Assembly: GCA_030390025.1 (NCBI GenBank)
Contig: CM059432.1
Span: 9,114,001 to 9,178,000 of the forward strand
Direction of reading: 5' to 3'
Origin: Squalus acanthias
Lineage: Eukaryota
Length of the DNA: 64,000 bases
Position numbers and translations under genes: made by a program. Positions 1 to 12,300 of the stretch are shown piece after piece. The notes beneath the pieces are model-generated. The model was not told the DNA's origin and did no database searches. It saw only the letters and a program-made list of their open reading frames with translations. Position 1 is the first letter of the stretch. Every line of letters begins with the position of its first letter.

Positions 1-67
1 TGCTGTGCGCAAATTGGCTGCCGCGTTTCCTACATTACAACACTGACTACACTTCAAAAGTACTTCA

Positions 68-400
68 GATGGCAGACGGCAGCTGTTGATGATTCTGCTA
101 TACCCATTGACACCTCCTCCAGACCCATCTTTTGTTTCTTTACTTGCCCCATTACCATCTCCTTTTGCTTTGCGCAATCATACCTTTTGTCATTTAATCG
201 CTTCTGTCCTCCATCCTCGCACTGACCTTCCCTTTTGTTCTTTCCTCCCCTCCCCCCTTTCCCTGCCCCTTAAAACCTATCACATCTCGAACCTTTTCCA
301 GTTCTGACGAAGGGTCACAGAACTGAAACGTTAACTCTCTTTCTCTCTCTCCACAGATGCTGCCTGACCTGCTGAGCATTTCCAGCATTTTCGGCTGTTG
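68..400 (+). mobile_element. Penelope-like element (family 2) 3'/pLTR fragment inserted in a SINE, with a 16-bp TSD
   Basis: CTTCAAAAGTACTTCA is duplicated at 52-67 and 401-416. SINE sequence at 1-67 resumes at 417-490. The insert matches 37425-37735 (-) and 30060-31150 (-), which adjoin GIY-YIG coding remnants. Confidence 0.8.
300..336 (+). ncRNA. Minimal type I hammerhead ribozyme motif (family 2, stem II degenerate)
   Basis: agtt-CTGACGA-agggtcacagaact-GAAA-cgtt-aact. Stem I is agtt/aact and stem III is the palindrome AACGTT. Confidence 0.55.
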
Positions 401-700
401 CTTCAAAAGTACTTCATTGTCTGTAAAGCCCTTTGGGACGTCCTGAGGTCGTGAAAGGCGCTATATAAATGCAAGTCTTTCTTTCTTTGGTTTGGGTTGT
501 TTTGATTTTCTTAATGGACGATTCCATTGTTAATTTTCGTCCACTATAATATATGATGTGCATATCAGTTACAAATGTCTGTGCAAATGAAATAAAAATA
601 CAACAAGATGAAATGCAGCTGGAATGAGATTTAGGCAAAGTGAACACTAGTATATTTATCGCTTGTTCATTAGTTAGATATTGGTAAAGTAAAAGTCCAT

Positions 701-1592
701 GGGGGAAAAATTCAGTTGGTTGCGCCTCCCATTAGCGCCTTAAGAGGGCGCTAATGGGGCGCAAAGCATCTAGCGCCCGGGCGCAGCGATGTTTGCTCCG
801 CTCGCGAAATTAACTAGACATTTTGCGGCGGCGCTAAACACTACCGCCATGATCTCCTGCGCCGGCAGATCGTGACGTCAGTCGAGTGCGCAACGCCCCG
901 GTATCGTCCCGGAGCAGATATTGAGTGGCGCGCCCTGCCTTACCACCTGACGCTAGCAACGACAGGTTGAGGGGAGCGTTTTGCAGTCATGAAGGGACTG
1001 GGGGAATGCTATTTAAAGGCGACCGCTTCCTGCCTTTTATTGTTGGTGCCATTTTTGAACCACGCATTCTGAGAGAGAGAGAGAGAGAGACTTCTGGAGA
1101 GATTCAACGCTGTGTGAAGGAGTTTTGGGTACTGAGCAGCACTTTGCAGGTTCATTTTGATTTGCCATTCCTTGTATCGATTAAGAAGAGACTGTGGGGG
1201 CTGCACTCTAAGCTCTTTGCCTGGTACTCTCCTTTGTTCTTTCCAGCAGATTTGATGTGCAGGTCTCTCCAGGCCGGGATTCAAGGCTGCAATGAGCAGG
1301 ATGTGGATGGAAAGCAAGATCAACCATCCCCTTTAAGAACTGGCCGGTGCCATTGTGTGTGTGTTCCATTGCTGACTGACATCACATGTGCTTCGCCAGC
1401 GCTCTGAGGTAGCGCCTCGCTCCTCGGCCTTTGCGCCTTAAGACAGTGAGGCGCCTGATTTAGCGCTCCAATCACCTCCAGGGGCGATAAAAGTCAAGTT
1501 TGCAGTCGGTGGCGATAATTAACGCCAGGCGCTAATCTTTGTGCCCGCCCGATAATTGCGCCCCACATGGGGCGATACTGAATTTCTCCCCC
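701..1592. mobile_element. PIF/Harbinger-type MITE, family A
   Basis: TIRs GGGGGAAAAATTCAG and CTGAATTTCTCCCCC; TSD CAT at 698-700 and 1593-1595; second copy at 17633-18517. Confidence 0.85.
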
Positions 1593-1777
1593 CATTTGTT
1601 TTGCTAAATCTCATGCAAGTGGCTCAAACGGTTTATGCAGTTTTGCCTTTGAAGGATTCTGTCAGTTTTGCCTATTACCTTTCGGACTTTTGCTGTAACT
1701 CACCGATGTCAGCTTGAAGACGATAGAAATTGCTTCTGCCATGCGTGCAATTCTGTTCCACGTCATGCCTTGTTGCC

Positions 1778-1808
<31 letters not shown>
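1778..1808. repeat. (GA)n microsatellite
   Basis: Read directly from the sequence. Confidence 0.9.
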
Positions 1809-1809
<1 letters not shown>

Positions 1810-2103
1810 GTGCAGGCTTCTGATGCCATGAGAGCAGGCTCAGAAACAGGGTCAACCTCCTCATCTCTATCTGCAGTGCATCCCAAGCTTCCTGAGCTGT
1901 CACCTGAGGTTGTCAGTCTCTGTTAAGAATGTATTTAATCAGTGGCCTTTAAGTTGCTCCGTCTGATCCAAGTTACAGTACTGTACATTGCACCTGCGAA
2001 CATGTCTAGGAAAGTTCTCAGTCTGCCGTTACTGTGCTTTGCTTTAGTTTGATGGATTGCCTAAAATGGAACAATAACATTGCAGCCTGCGAGAACTCAC
2101 TGG

Positions 2104-2576
2104 GTCAGCCGTGGCTCAGTGGGAAGCACACTCACCTCATGAGTCAGAAGGCTGTGGGTTCATAGTCCCACTCCAATGAGCACAAAAATCTAGGCTGACA
2201 CTCCAGTGTGGTACTGAGGGAGTGCTGCACTGTCGGAGGTGCCGTCTTTCAGATGAGACGCTAAACCGAAGCCCCATCTGCTCTTCCAGGTGGACGTAAA
2301 AGATCCCGCGGCCACTATTTTGAGGAAGAGCAGGTGGAGTTATCCCCGGTGTCCCGGCCAATATGTTTCCCTCAACCAATAAAACAAAAACAGATCATCT
2401 GGTCATTTTCACATTGCTGTTTGTGGGAGCTTGCTGTGTGCAAATTGGCTGCCGCGTTTCCCACATTACAACTGTGGCTACACTTCAAAAGTACTTCGTT
2501 GGCTGTAAAGTGCTTTGAGACGTCCAGTGGTCGTGAAAGGCGCTATATAAATGCAAATCTTTCTTTTCTTTTTTTT
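2104..2576 (+). mobile_element. tRNA-derived SINE, family 1 (Deu-domain/SacSINE1-like), full length
   Basis: A box TGGCTCAGTGG, B-box-like GGTTCATAGTCC, core GGGAGCTTGCTGTGTGCAAATTGGCTGCCGCGTTTCC, and L2-like tail GAAAGGCGCTATATAAATGCAA. Confidence 0.85.
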
Positions 2577-2643
2577 GAGCCCAATAATCAAAGTGATTCA
2601 CTTAAGCATTGATTCCTTTAGAAGAACGAACTTGCATTCCTAT

Positions 2644-2906
2644 GGGGGGGGGCGAAGTTGGTGTTGGGCGGGTAGCGCAAATTGGGGTTGCTGGGGTCGC
2701 CCGCCATGCCCCAAGAGGTGGTGCGCCGTTTGTGAGGAGACATGCGTTAGGCCCTCGAGGTGCACAGTCACTGGGCCTAACGCCTGTTTCAGGTGGGCGT
2801 CCTACCCTTTCCAATATGGCGTGTGGCGCTCACCTGGCGTGGAACGAGTGGCCCACGCCATATTGGAGCTTTCGCCGCCCATTTGTCGCGACCCAATTTC
2901 TAGGCC
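2644..2906. mobile_element. Probable short GC-rich MITE
   Basis: Begins GGGGGGCGAAGTTGG; CCAATTTCTAGGCC at ~2893-2906 resembles the TIRs of other MITEs here. No TSD found. Confidence 0.35.
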
Positions 2907-3238
2907 GACCTATTTTTTTTTGGCGTCTTCGCGACACGAACTTACGTTTGCTTCCAGTAATAATCTTGCGACGAACCCATTCGACGTGAGAATCGGGCGG
3001 TTTCCAGAACGGGCGGGCGGTCTTGCAATGCCCGGACGGCCAAGTTTAAGATCTGCTCCCAGGGGTTAAAGCAGGTCATATTAAACAGGTTGCCTCAGAA
3101 CCAAGCGCGGAGCATCCGACTGTACCTTCCCGGATACGTGGCTGTCGAGAGGCTGTAGGAATCCGAGTGCCGTTCCCACGATGAGAAGTAATGGAAGCTG
3201 ACAGCAGACTTGAAAAACAGTAGTGCCCTCAGTCGTGA

Positions 3239-3388
3239 ATGATGCAGAGTGGTTACAGGTATAATCAGAGTCTCGAGACTTCAGGGAGACGGCAGAAAAA
3301 CACAGTCGAATTAGTCGAAAACGCAAAACTGCTGTACCAGCATGGGGGTGATCACTATCAGACACCTTTCATCCCTGGAGCAGAACGA
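3239..3388 (+). CDS. Candidate first coding exon of an unidentified host gene (MMQSGYRYNQSLETSGRRQKNTVELVENAKLLYQHGGDHYQTPFIPGAER)
   Basis: Non-repetitive ATG-initiated 50-codon frame ending in phase 0 at a GTAAGT donor (3389). Protein not recognised and no downstream exon found. Confidence 0.2.
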
Positions 3389-3642
3389 GTAAGTGAGCAC
3401 TGCAGCAAGCAAGCGAGAAAGAAACAAAGGGCAGAAGGAAGAAACACACTTTCAAACATTTTTCCATTTCGTGTAGTGCTGGAGGCGTTGCTAATGAACC
3501 TAGCACAGTAGAGCCACCAAAGATAAAAGTTAATATAAGCGGCAATAATAAGGGGCTGCAACATTTTAAGTACAATTAGCAAAGGACCGTCACTAGAATT
3601 CCGACAGCAGCACTTGCTAACTGTGCTGAGAATGTAGCAGAC

Positions 3643-4338
3643 CTGGGTGTCCTTGTGCACCAGTCGCTGAAGGTAAGCATGCAGGTGCAGCAGGCGGTGA
3701 AGAAGGCAAATGGTATGTTGGCCTTCGTAGCGAAAGGGTTTGAGTATACGAACAGGGATGTCCTGCTGCAGTTGTACAGGGCCTTGGTGAGACCACACCT
3801 TGAGTACTGTGTGCAGTTTTGGTCGCCTTATCTGAGGAAGGATGTTCTTGCCATGGAAGGAGTTCAGCGAAGATTCACAAGGCTGATACCTGGGATGGCA
3901 GGAATGACATATGAGGAGAGATTGGGTCGATTGGGCTTATACTCTCTGGAGTATAGAAGAATGAGAGGGGATCTCATCGAAACATATAAAATTCTGACAG
4001 GTCTGGACAAACTAGATGCAGGAAGAATGTTCCCGATGGTCGGAGAGTCCAGAACCAGGGGTCATAATCTAAGGATAATGGGTAAGCCATTTAGGACAGA
4101 AATGAGGAAGAATTTCTTCACCCAGAGAGTGGTGAACCTGTGGAATTCTCTACCACAGAAGGTAGTTGAGGCCAAGTCATTAAATATATTCAAGAATGAG
4201 TTAGATATATTTCTTAAAGCTAAAGGTATCAAGGGATATGGGGAGAAGGCAGGTACAGGGTACTGAGTTTGGATGATCAGCCCTGATCTCATTGAATGGC
4301 GGAGCAGGCTCGAGGGGCCGAATGGCCTACTCCTGCTC
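3643..4338 (+). mobile_element. CR1 LINE 3' fragment (RT C-terminus and 3' UTR)
   Basis: ORF 3655-4266 with LVRPHLEYCVQFWSP, RRMRGDLIE, FFTQRVVNLWNSLP; tail TTCTATG. Confidence 0.92.
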
Positions 4339-4805
4339 CTATCTTCTATGTTTCTATGAACCTTGTCGGCAGATTTCCCGCTAAGGCGTGGCCACGCTGT
4401 GCTCTGAGAGGTCCCGGCTCTCGGCTTCTACGTTGCAGATAACACGTGTTGGGGGGAGGCATGCCACGCAGGGGGCAGTGCAGCTTACCGGGGACATTGC
4501 TGGTCAGTCATGTTATTTTCCAGAGTGTCTACTGACACCACTGTGTCAGCCAATGAGTGGCAGAAGGGGGGCAGGACTTACAGCAGGACTCACAGCAAAT
4601 GGTCTTCTTTACAGCAAACCAAGCAAGCAAAGTTTATTTACAGAGTCTATTTAAAAGGAGCCTCTACGAACTACAGCAAACAGAACTCATGACCGAAACT
4701 ACAGCAACTCCTCCCGACAGAAGCGGGATTATTTCTCCAGCAACATGCAGTGAGTGGAGGATAGTTGCACAATACAAATCATGTGCGCAAAGTCAATCCC
4801 AGTCA

Positions 4806-5070
4806 CTTTTTTAAAAATTCCTTCCTGGGATGTGGGCATCGCTGGCAAGGCCGGCATTTATTGCCCATCCCTAATTGCCCTTTGAGAAGGTGGTGGTGAG
4901 CCGCCTTCTTGAACCGCTGCTGTCCCTGTGGTGAAGGTGCTCCCACAGTGCTGTTAGGGAGGGAGTTCCAGGATTTTGACCCAGCGACAATGAAGGATCG
5001 GCCGATATACTTCCAAGTCAGGACGGTGTGTGACTTGGAGGTTGAACTTGGAGGTGGTGGTGTTCCCATT
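4806..5070 (-). mobile_element. CR1/L2-group LINE family X, 3' tail
   Basis: Encodes RSFIVAGSKSWNSLPNSTVG...FKKAAHHHLLKG; matches 45645-46385. Confidence 0.85.
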
Positions 5071-5776
5071 ACAGCAGTGCGGTCTCGAGGCGTGATTAAC
5101 AGATGAACTATCCAATCATCTCCACTCTGGCCGAGAATAGTGGGGTCGGTATATGCAGCCGTTATTTTCAGGGACTCGCTGAATGCCCCCTGTTCCCCGC
5201 ACCTTGCCATTTGCCATTTTCTTGGATACTGGCAAAAGCAACGGATTCACAAAATATCACAGGATCAGTTTTCCTCAAGGACCTGCGTTGCCCCGGGCCT
5301 GATATGTTAGTAGTTGAATACTTAACGTTGTGATTACTGAATTAATACAGGTGTCCCATTTGAACGCTACCCTTCCAGTATTCTTTCAAAAAGAAAACTA
5401 ATTAAAAAAGCAGAACCAACTTTGTGCTGCTCCCTCAGGGCTGGCATTTTGAATCTGGGTAGGATTAGGGAGAAGCATTTACCAGGACTTTTAGTCTGAC
5501 TACATATCCCAGGAAACTTCCTATCAAGGCTAATGTAATGCACTGACTTGCGGTATCTGTCACTGGAGATAGCACAGAAGCTGGCAAGACCAGATGGGTT
5601 GCAGGTTATCTGCCTTAACAATTAAGGAAAAGCATTTAATGTAAAATAAACCCTTGGAGGAATCAGCAGAAGCTATCATAATTATAATCACAGTGATTTA
5701 TAAGGTTTTTCCCTTTTTCCACATCCTCCACACTATCGACCAATTTATTAATGAGTCTTCACCTGCATAGCACCAT

Positions 5777-6425
5777 GGCCTAGAAGTTCGATTGCGCAGC
5801 GCCCATGTTTCGGGCAAGAAGGGTCTAATATAGTGCTAATCCAAGCGCTCCACTTCCTTCTTAGAGTGCTAGCCCCGAATATCGGGGCGGTGCGTTCTGC
5901 AGCGCTACGCACTGGGCCACGTAGCGCTGCCGTATGGAAGGGCTCCGCCCCTCATTAAATGGGAGGGCCCAAGCCCACAACTCTGCGGGGCCCTACCTGG
6001 ACCACCGGGGAGCGGGGTGCAGTGCCAGCAGCCCGGCACACGAGAGGAGTGCAGCACGGACCCCGCGTTCAAAGACGCAACGGGCCGCGACAAGTAAGTC
6101 GGCTGAATTTTTTTTTCCCCCCTCCCGCCACCTCCCCTTTACTTACCGCCCCGCGAGCCTCCTGCCGCTCCGTTCCCGTCCCCCTGAATCTGCGCCGGGC
6201 GATGACAGCGACCGATTCAGGGGGCGCGGGCCAATTTTGCGGGGGGGGGGGGCGAAAACGGGGCGCTGCGCACGGTGATGACGTCGTTACCGCCGCCGCT
6301 AAACTCCCGCTGAATTTAGCGAGAGTCATCGGCGGTGCCGCGCCCGGGCGAAAAGCCGCTCGCGCCCTGTTAACGCCCCCCGGGGGGCGCTAATGAGAAG
6401 TGCAAATGCTCCGAATTTCTAGCCC
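5777..6425. mobile_element. PIF/Harbinger-type MITE, family B
   Basis: TIRs GGCCTAGAAGTTCG and CGAATTTCTAGCCC; interior similar to 18529-19174. Confidence 0.75.
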
Positions 6426-6760
6426 AGGGCACCGCACCTCAGGAAGAATCTGTTGGCTTTGGAGGGGAAACAGCGCAGAATCACCAGAACGATACCGGGG
6501 CATAAAGGGTTAAATTATGAGGACAGGTTGCATAGGCTTGCCTTGTACTTCCTCGAGTTTAGATGGTTGAGGGGTGATCTAACTGAGGTGTTTAAAATGA
6601 TTAAGGGATTCGATAGGGTAGATTGAGAGAAGCTATTTCCTCTGGTGGGGGATTCCAGAAACAGGGGACACAATCTTAAAATTAGAGCTAGGTCATTGAG
6701 GACTGAAATCAGAAATCACTTTTTCACACAAAGAGGGTGGAGGAAATATGGAATTTCTAT
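6426..6760 (+). mobile_element. CR1 LINE RT fragment (decayed)
   Basis: GDSRNRGHNLKIRARSLRTEIRNHFFTQR. Confidence 0.8.
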
Positions 6761-6954
6761 ATGTGCTGCCACTCACAAAGGATGCATCATGACTGTTTCT
6801 GGCGACTGGCCATTGACATGCATGGTGATTTTCTGTGGTCAGACACTACCTGAACTTGAACTGAGCGCAAATCCTTTCATGAAAGCCAAGGGTTGGATAG
6901 AAAGAGCCCTGATACCCACATGGGCACCAATTCAATAATAAAATGGTGCTCACA

Positions 6955-7395
6955 ATGGCTCGGAGTCAGAAGGTCGTGGGTTCAATTCCGCAACCCATAG
7001 ATTTGACCACAAAATCCAGGCTGACACTCCAGTGAAGGACTGAACGAGTGCTGCCCTATTGGAGGTACCATCTTTCGGTTGAGATGTTAAACCAAGGTCC
7101 CATCTGCCCTCTCAGATGGACGTAGAAGATCCCATGGCACTATTTAAAGAAGAGCAGGGCAGTTCTCCCCGATGTCCTGACCAATGTTTATCCTTCAACC
7201 AGCATCACTAAAACAGATTATCTGGTCATTATCACATTACTGATTGTGGGAGCTTGCTGTACACAAATTGGCTGCCGCATTTCCTACATTGCAACAGTGA
7301 TTACACTTCAAAAAGTACTTCATTGGCCGTTAAACTCTTTGGGAGGACCAGAGGTTGTGAAAGGCGCTATATAAATGCAAGTTCTTTCTTTCTTC
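6955..7395 (+). mobile_element. SINE family 1
   Basis: Homologous to 2104-2576. Confidence 0.85.
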
Positions 7396-8124
7396 TTCAA
7401 TTGCCACTCTTTGCACTTGACACAAGTCTGCCATCTGGTGAAAGCTGTGTGTCCTGTCCAGCTGATGCTTCCTTTCCCACATGAAAAGTAATGAAGGTTC
7501 TGCCCCTTACCAATGTAGCAATAGTCATTCCCTGATGTCCGTGTGCACAGCAGACTATCTGATTCGGCCGAGGTCTCTGTGAAGCTTCTTGCTGCGGTAA
7601 AGGCCACTTCAATGGGTTGAGCCATCCTTGTTGCAAATGTTGCCCCCAAATCATTGTGCAGAAGACGACACAGCGACGCTTGTCTTGTGAAGCAAAGGTG
7701 ATGAAGACAGGTCTTCTCAGACATGCCCACATGCAGGTGTGGACAGAATGCCTCAGGGGTCATTGCCCCCTGCTTTTGTTGGCTTCTCGTGAACTTCTCT
7801 TCCTCATCTCAATTACGCAGTGCATTTCAAACCCCATCCTCAGCTCTCTGTAAGGTGCAATGTCAAAAAGTCAGCAGTGCATCAGAATGATGAAAGAAAG
7901 TATGGGTGGGAATAACAACCAAATGTGGAAGGATGGAGGACCACCCAGCAACACCAAATAATAAACGGAGAAAAATACAGCGAGGGGAAGTGGAACGACA
8001 ACAGTACATTATATTTGTAATCTCTGAAATATGTAGAAAGAAAGACTTGCCTTTATATAGCGCTTTTCATGACCTCAGGACGTCCCAAAGTGATTTACAG
8101 CCAATGAAGTACTTTTGAAGTGTA

Positions 8125-9872
8125 GGGGGGAATTTTCCGTGGGGGCAACAGACGTGATCGGTGGTGGGTCGGGTGGGAAAATGTTTTTTTTGACAATGGT
8201 TCGGGACCCCGCAGTCAAGCCGCCACCACACGCCCTTACCAAATGTCGGGTCTGCCAGCGCTGAGCAGACCCGACACACAGCGGCGGGAGAGGCAATTAA
8301 AATTAGTGGCTTGTTTACAGCCACTTAACAATGGCTTTTTCCCAGCTTTTTGATTTTGACAGGTCGACCACCGGTTTCCCATTGAGCCTAGACCAGTGAA
8401 GCTGAGGCGGGAGGTCATTGGCTATTGATTCAGCTGATGAGTTGACAGCTTCAAATGTCAAGTCAAAGCTCCCAGCTGATTGAGAAATGTTCCCTTAGCC
8501 GCTAGCTTCTCTAAACTGCATTTCCACTTCAGATGCAGAATGCTACACGTCTTTACACAAGTCTCCATCTAGTCTGAGCTCATTACCTCTCTTACCACTG
8601 ACAGATTGCTTCTGTCATCTCTACTTCACCTGCCATCTATTCCATCAGCATCGGTGCCCTTAAAACTCTCTCACCTTGGTCCTCAGAATCCTACCACAAT
8701 CATCCTCAACACCAGCAGCACCAGGCACACCAGCAGCACCTGACAACAACACCAACCTTTTCCACAATCAACTGATGCTGCACAGGACACAGGGCATCAG
8801 CACCCGACCACATTGCTGGACAGGAGGCCAGGGGTGGCCTCACCATAGCCAGATTTATTTTACATGATGCTGTACACCCTGGCTGCCACAAGATGCGCCA
8901 GGTTGGCACCACCCCACACCAACACCATAAAGCATCCCTACAATGCCCAAGCCATTCCTTTCACACTCATCACCATTGCAGGGGGTACCGTTATGTCTCA
9001 TCATTCACTGCAACTCACCAAGCCACTTCCAAAGGTGCACGCAAATCTGTCCAAGAACGCAAAGTGTTGAAAATAAAGGTTTCAATGTTTGACACCACAT
9101 TAACAGAAACTTCACAGGAACATTGCATAAAACACACAAGTGCCTACCCTTGTGTGTTGTTAGTTGGTATGCTTGCAGTAGGATGAGGGTGAGTGTGAGG
9201 GGTGGCTAGTGAGATGGGGAAGTGATAATGTAGATAGAGAGGGATAGGTGGAGGTGCAAGGTAAGTTGGTGTGAGTAAGGATGTGCAGGAGTAGGGTAGG
9301 GAAGGCAGAGTGATGGGGATGTGATGGGTGACACAGCAGGATGAGGTTGAGTGTGGCTTTGCAGTGACATTTCATGATCTACTGAGATCATTGAAAGGTT
9401 TGTGCCACTGCAGCCTGGTCCTCCTGACGACATCCCTGTTTGTGCCCTCCTGTGCAATATGCAACCAGGCTGCGTTAGTCTCCTGGGGAGGTCTCTTCCG
9501 CCCATGGGAAGGGAAGAGAACTTCCCCGTGTGCTGTGACTCCCTCCCAAGCATATGGAGGGAATCATGCGAGAGCCTGGGTGCAGCTGTGCACCTCTGTG
9601 CAGTGATTGTCAGTGTTTGCAGCACCTCAATGCTGTAGAACACTGACAGCACAAATGTCAAAATAAATTTGTGCATGGTCCCTTTAAATGCGTCATCAAA
9701 TGATGTCATCAGACCCGCTTCCTTCAATTGGCTGGCAAACGCGTTGGGTGAGCTTAACAAGCCCAAACAGGGGAAAATCATTCTACAGAGCGGGCTGGAG
9801 CCGGCAGCGGGGCCGAGACCCGCCACCAACGTCGCCCGCCACGGACCCGCCGAGGTTGGTAAAATCCAACCC
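8125..9872. mobile_element. Internally deleted Harbinger element with a decayed Myb/SANT exon
   Basis: Termini GGGGGGAATTTT and AAAATCCAACCC. Minus strand ~9370-9585 translates, with a frameshift, to AAPRLSHDSL...EVLFPSHGRKRPPQETNAAWLHIAQE...RRTRLQWHKPFNDL, homologous to exon 1 at 55157-55396. Confidence 0.75.
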
Positions 9873-9879
9873 ATATTAA

Positions 9880-11037
9880 CTGTTGTTCTCTTCTTCTTAG
9901 GCAGTCCTTCGGAACTGACTTGCTTCCGCATTAAAAATGGGTTCTCAGGTGACTGATGAGTCCAATGCGGGACCGACAGTCTCTGTCACAGGTGGGGCAG
10001 ACAGTGGTTGAAGGAGTGGGTGGGGTGCTAGGGTTGACGTGCGTTCCTTCCGCTGCTTGCGCTTGGCTTCTGCTTGCTCCCGGCAAAGAGACTCCAGGTG
10101 TTCGGTGCCTTCCCGAATGCTTCTCCTCCACTTTGTGCGGTCTTGGGCCAGGGATTCCCAGGAGTTGGTGGGGATGTTGCACTTTTTCAAAGAGATTTTG
10201 AGGGTGTCCTTGAAGCGTTTCCTCTGCCCACCTGGGGCTCTCTTGCCATGTCGGAGCTCCGAGTACAGCGCTTGTTTTGGGAGTCTCGTATCGGGCATGA
10301 GGATGATGTGGCCCGTCCATCGGAGCTGATCGAGCGAGGTCAAAGCTTCGATGCTGGGGATGTTGGCCTGAGCGAGAACACTGATGTTGGTGCGCCTATC
10401 CTGCCAATGGATTGGCAGGATCTTGCGGAGGCAGCATTGGTGGGACCTCTCCAGTGCTTTGAGGTGCCTGCTGTACATGGTCCATGTCTCTGAAGCATAC
10501 AGGAGGGCGGGTATCACTACTGCTCTATAGACCATGAGCTTGGTGCTGGGTTTGAGGTCCTGGTCTTCAAACACTCTCTTCCTCAGGCGACCGAAGGCTG
10601 CACTGGCACACTGAAGGCGGTGTTGGACTTCGTCATCGACGTCTGCTCTTGTTGACAGTAGGCTTCTGAGGTATGGAAAGTGGTCCACGTTGTCCAAGGC
10701 CTCGTCGTGGATTTTGATAATCGGGGAGCAGTTCTGTGTGGCGGGGGCAGGTTTGTAGAGGACTTTTGTCTCACGGATGTTTAGTGTAAGGCCCATGCTC
10801 TGGTACGCTTCAGTGAAGGTGTTGATGATGGTTTGGAGTTCGACCTCAGAGTGTGCACAGACGCAAGCGTCGTCTGCATACTGTAATTCAATGACAGAAG
10901 ATGAGACGACCTTGGATCTGGACTGGAGGCAACAGAGGTTGAACAGTTTCTCGTTTGTTCTGTAGATTAGCTCCACTCCAGCGGGGAGCTTACTGAGGGT
11001 GAGATGGAGCATTGCAGCCAGGAAGATCGAGAAGTTC
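9880..11037 (-). mobile_element. RTE-clade LINE 3' fragment (RT and C-terminal C2H2-like finger), frameshifted
   Basis: ELQYADD RT motif, AFGRLRKRVF, LRWTGH; CPTCDRDCRSRIGLISHLRTH lies in a second frame. Confidence 0.88.
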
Positions 11038-11039
11038 CT

Positions 11040-11310
11040 GCATAACTGTTGTAATGTAGGAAACGTGGCAGCCAAATTGCGCACAGCAAGCTCCCACAAA
11101 GAGCAATGTGATAATGACCAGATAATCTGCTTTTTTGTTATGTTAATTGAGGGATAAATATTGGCCAGGACACCGGGGATAACTCCCCTGCTCTTCTTTG
11201 AAATAGTGCCACGGGATCTTTTACATCCACCTGAGAGAGCAGACGGGGCCTCGGTTTAGCATCTCATCTGAAAGACTGCACCTCCGGCAGTGCAGCACTC
11301 CCTCAGTACT
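11040..11310 (-). mobile_element. SINE family 1 fragment
   Basis: Reverse complement of the SINE core. Confidence 0.8.
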
Positions 11311-11649
11311 CAAGTGTTGCAAATGTTTCACGCCAGTATCTCAAATAAAGGTTGCTTCAACTGCTAACACCCCGCTCAGGATTCCCTGCTCAGGCCTGAG
11401 TTAAAATTATAGTCAGGTCTCAATTATCTCATCAGGCCGCAGCATGCATATGTAAAGAAGGACCCTGTTGGCTCCGGGCGCGTGTCCTTGCTGCCCGCTC
11501 AGGGGACCAGGTTAAAATTGCAGGTGTTGCGATCATGGAGGCTTTCGGACAGGTAAGAGCCAGGGCGATTTTAACTGCCCACCCGCCAGGTTTCTGCTGA
11601 GCGAGTAGGGTTAAAATTGCCCCCATCTAAAGCATTTGTGTAAATCATT

Positions 11650-12300
11650 GACATTGCATTAAAAAAGCATATGGGATCCTGGGCTTCATAAATAGAGGCA
11701 TAGCATACAAAAGCAAGGAAGCTTTGATGAAACTTTATAAAGCACGGGTTCATCCTCAACTGGAGTATTGTGTCCAATTCTGGGCACTGCACTTTAGGAA
11801 GGATGTGAAGGCCTTAGAGAGGATGCAGAAAAGATTTACAAGAATGGTTCCATGGATGAGGAATTACAGTTACATGGATAGACTGGAGAAGCTGGGGTTG
11901 TTCTCCTTAGATTGAGAGGAGATTTGATAGAGGTGTTCAAAATCATGAGTCTAGACAGAGTAGATAGAGAGAAACTGTTCCCATTGGCAGAAGGGTCGAG
12001 AACCAGAGGACACAGATTTAAGGTGATTGGCAGAAGAACCAAAGGCGACATGAGGAAAAACTTTTTTACACAGCGAGTGGTTAGGATCTGGAATGCACTG
12101 CCTGAGAGGGTGGTGGAGGCGGACTCAATCGTGGCTTTCAAAAGGGAATTGGATAAGTACCTGAAGGAAAAACATTTGCAGGGCTACGGGGAAAGGGCGG
12201 GGGAGTGGGACTGGCTGAAGTGCTCTTGCAGAGAGCCGGCACCGGCTCGACGGGCTGAATGACCTCCTTCTGTGCTTTAACCATTCTATGATTCGATGAT
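11650..12300 (+). mobile_element. CR1 LINE 3' fragment
   Basis: PQLEYCVQFWA, RGDLIEVFKIM, NFFTQRVVRIWNALP; tail ATTCTATG. Confidence 0.9.

Noticed and set aside
925..1407. ORFs inside MITE family A
   Set aside because: The frames are not preserved between the two copies and contain no recognisable domain.
1662..1926. Possible exon around the (GA)n repeat with a minus-strand GTGAG donor near 1700
   Set aside because: No recognisable peptide, the frame runs through a microsatellite, and no partner exon was found.
2104..2180. tRNA-like sequences at 2104, 15627, 36965 and 49195
   Set aside because: These are SINE heads followed by SINE bodies, not tRNA genes.
9945..11099. 384-aa ORF as an intact gene
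   Set aside because: Its N-terminus is read from an adjacent SINE; the rest is a truncated, frameshifted RTE ORF.
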